In this document: piece after piece, positions 61,605-64,000 of the stretch
Layout of the letters: every line of letters starts with the position of its first letter
Numbering within the stretch: the first letter of the stretch is position 1
Notes under the pieces: generated by a model
Told to the model about the DNA's origin: nothing
Databases searched by the model: none
Seen by the model: only the letters and a program-made list of their open reading frames with translations
Position numbers and translations under genes: made by a program
Assembly (NCBI RefSeq): GCF_963921235.1
Contig: NC_086097.1
Location: 4,588,001-4,652,000 of the forward strand
Reading direction: 5' to 3'
Length of the DNA: 64,000 nucleotides
Source: Mobula hypostoma
Lineage: Eukaryota

Positions 61605-62669
61605 CTAAAAAGAGAACAAACATTAAACCCTGTTTAACTGAAATACCTCACACAGAAGTTCAAGGACTGGAGGCATGTTTAAACATGGAAATATAGGCCC
61701 GATTACAAACATTCACAAACCTAGCATAACAGATATAGACTCATAGAACACTACAGCATAGAAATAGACCCCTCAGCCCATCTAGTCTGTGTCAGACTAT
61801 TAATTTGCCAGCCCCCCTCGACCTGCATCCAGACCACAGCCTTCCATTCCCCTCTCATCCACGTACCTATCCGAATTTCTCTTAAACACTGAAATCAAAC
61901 CCAAATCCACCACTTCCGCTGGCAGCTCATTCCACACTCTCACCACCCTCTGAGTGAAGTTCCTCATGTTTCCCTTAAACAGTTCACCATTCACCCTTAA
62001 ACAACAATCTCCAGTTGTTATCTCACCGAACTTCAGTGGAAGAAGCCTGCTTGTATTTACCCATTTATACCCCTCATAATGGTGCCACACGGTGGCGTAG
62101 TGGTCAGCACAATCCCACTGCTGTCTATAAGGAGTCTGTATGACCCAAGACGGTGTGGGTTTCCTCCGGGTGTTCTGGTTTCCTCCCAAAGACATACCGG
62201 TTGATAGGGTAATTGATCGCTGTAAATTGTCCCATGAATAGGCTGGGATTAAACTGGGGGTTGCTAGGCAGTGCCACGCTATATTTCAGTAAATAAATTC
62301 AAAGAATTCTATACCTCTATCAAATCTCTCCTACGTTCACAGGGATTAAAGTCTTAATTCTAATCAAACTTTTGTTATAACTTAGTCTTTCACTCCCGGC
62401 AACATCCTCGTAAATTTTCTCTGTACTCTTTCAACCTTACCGACATCTTTCCCGTAGGTAGGAGACCAAAACTGCACACAATACTCCAAATTAGGCCTCA
62501 CCAATGTCTTCTACAACTTCAACATAACATCTCAGCTTCTCTACTCACTAGATTGATTTATGAAAGCCAACGTGCCAAAAGCTCTCTACGACGCTATCTG
62601 CTGTGACTCCGCTTTCAAGGAATTCAAACATCCTCTATTCAAACAATTGCTACGGATTGTGATACTTAC

Positions 62670-62759
62670 AAATGATCCTCGGAGGTAAAAAGTTACAACT
62701 TGTGGGAAGACCTTGAAAGATGGCAGTGGAGGCCGTACACATATCGAATGATTATGAGT
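62670..62759 (-). CDS. GALC: Galactocerebrosidase exon (equivalent to human exon 11), 90 bp
   Basis: ttaaatttag|ACT...TTT|gtaagt; translates THNHSICVRPPLPSFKVFPQVVTFYLRGSF, matching mammalian [30 protein letters not shown]; phase 0-0. Confidence 0.93.
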
Positions 62760-64000
62760 CTAAATTTAAGAGCAGCATATTTAAAATGTTAGTCAGTATT
62801 CAAATATACAAGATGAAACACTATTTAATGGCAGATACACAGCAATTCTAAGGTTGCATCGGAATCAAGGAGTCCAAGTGGACGTTTTCAAATGGCCAAG
62901 TTCCAACAGCATGGGAACAAAACAGTTAGCTGTCACTCTAATTACGGACAGAGAGGTGCAGAGGAGGTTTACCGGGATGCCATCTGGATTAGAGGGCACG
63001 TGCTATGAGAGACTGGACAAACTTGGGTTGTTTCTCTAGAGCGACGGAGGCCGAGGGGAGATCAGATAGAGGCTTACGACAAACTTTTGTAGATTATGAG
63101 AGGCATAGATAGAGTAGAGAGACAGTTGCTTTATCCCAGGGTTGAAATGTCTAATACCAGAGAGCATGCATTGAAGGTAAGAGGGGATCATTTCAAAGGA
63201 GTTTTTTCCCTTTACACAGAGAGTGGTGGGTGCCTGGAATGTGCCATCTGGGCTGGTGGTAGAGGGACTTTTGAGAGACGTTTAGATAGGCACATGAAAG
63301 CAAGGAAAATGGAGGGATATGGGCACTGTGTAGGCAGAAGAGTTTGGCTCAGCTCGCTATTAGATTACTAATTTACTCGGTTCAGCACAATATACCCATG
63401 ATGGGGGAGGCTAGTACGAGAGGGCACGACTTAAGGATTGAAGGACGCCCATTCAGAACAGAGATGCGAGGAAACTTTTTTAGCCAGGGGGTGGTGAAAC
63501 TCTGGAATTTGTTGCCACGGGCAGCAGTGGAGGCCAAGTCATTGGGTGTATTTAAGGCAGAGATTGATAGGTATCTGAGTAGCCAGGGCATCAAAGGTTA
63601 TGGTGAGAAGGCGGGGGAATGGGACTAAATGGGAGAATGGATCAGCTCATAACAAAATGGCGGAGCAGACTCGATGGGCCGAACGGCTGACTTCTGCTCC
63701 TTTGTCTTATGGTCTTATATTGTGGGCCAAAGGGCCTGTTTCTGTGCTCGACTGTTGTATGTTCTGTGTATAGGTGTCCTTATCTAAATCATACCTCTTA
63801 TCTATTGTACTATTTTGACCTCTCATTTATCTAAAATCTCCTTTAATAAATGACATGAAGTTGCCCCATGTTGCGCACTCTAAACATTCCAGGAGCGCCA
63901 GTCAGTTGAATACTCTCTGGTAGATGTAAACCACTGCTCTAAGTCAATGTTTCTACGTCCTTTAAATTATCTGCAGGGCTGAAATGCTAACAATATTCTA

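Noticed and set aside
62760..64000. GALC exon 10
   Set aside because: No HTTQF...IETM-like reading found; it presumably lies beyond the window.

Overview
Eukaryotic, repeat-dominated vertebrate DNA; the transposon repertoire (CR1/HER1-type LINEs, V-SINEs, Rex1/Babar, Penelope-like elements) points by inference to a cartilaginous fish, probably a ray. The only host gene recognised is the 3' half of GALC (galactocerebrosidase) on the minus strand. It comprises seven exons matching human exons 11-17 (62759 down to a stop at 42431), all with GT-AG sites and compatible phases, splicing to 296 aa plus stop; the ORF track misses most of them. The rest is mostly decayed mobile DNA: CR1, L1, RTE, Rex1/Babar, Penelope-like, Gypsy LTR, Tc1/mariner, hAT and Chapaev3-like elements and SINEs, often nested. 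The most notable structures are: minimal hammerhead-ribozyme motifs in Penelope pLTRs, including a TSD-flanked inverted pair in a GALC intron; a short non-autonomous two-LTR element inside a nested stack, plus a solo LTR of the same family; a 21 x 43-bp minisatellite born inside Gypsy pol; and a double-nested mariner fold-back MITE. No CRISPR or prokaryote-type system is present. Boundaries of degraded repeats are approximate, and all assignments come from reading motifs, not from database searches.
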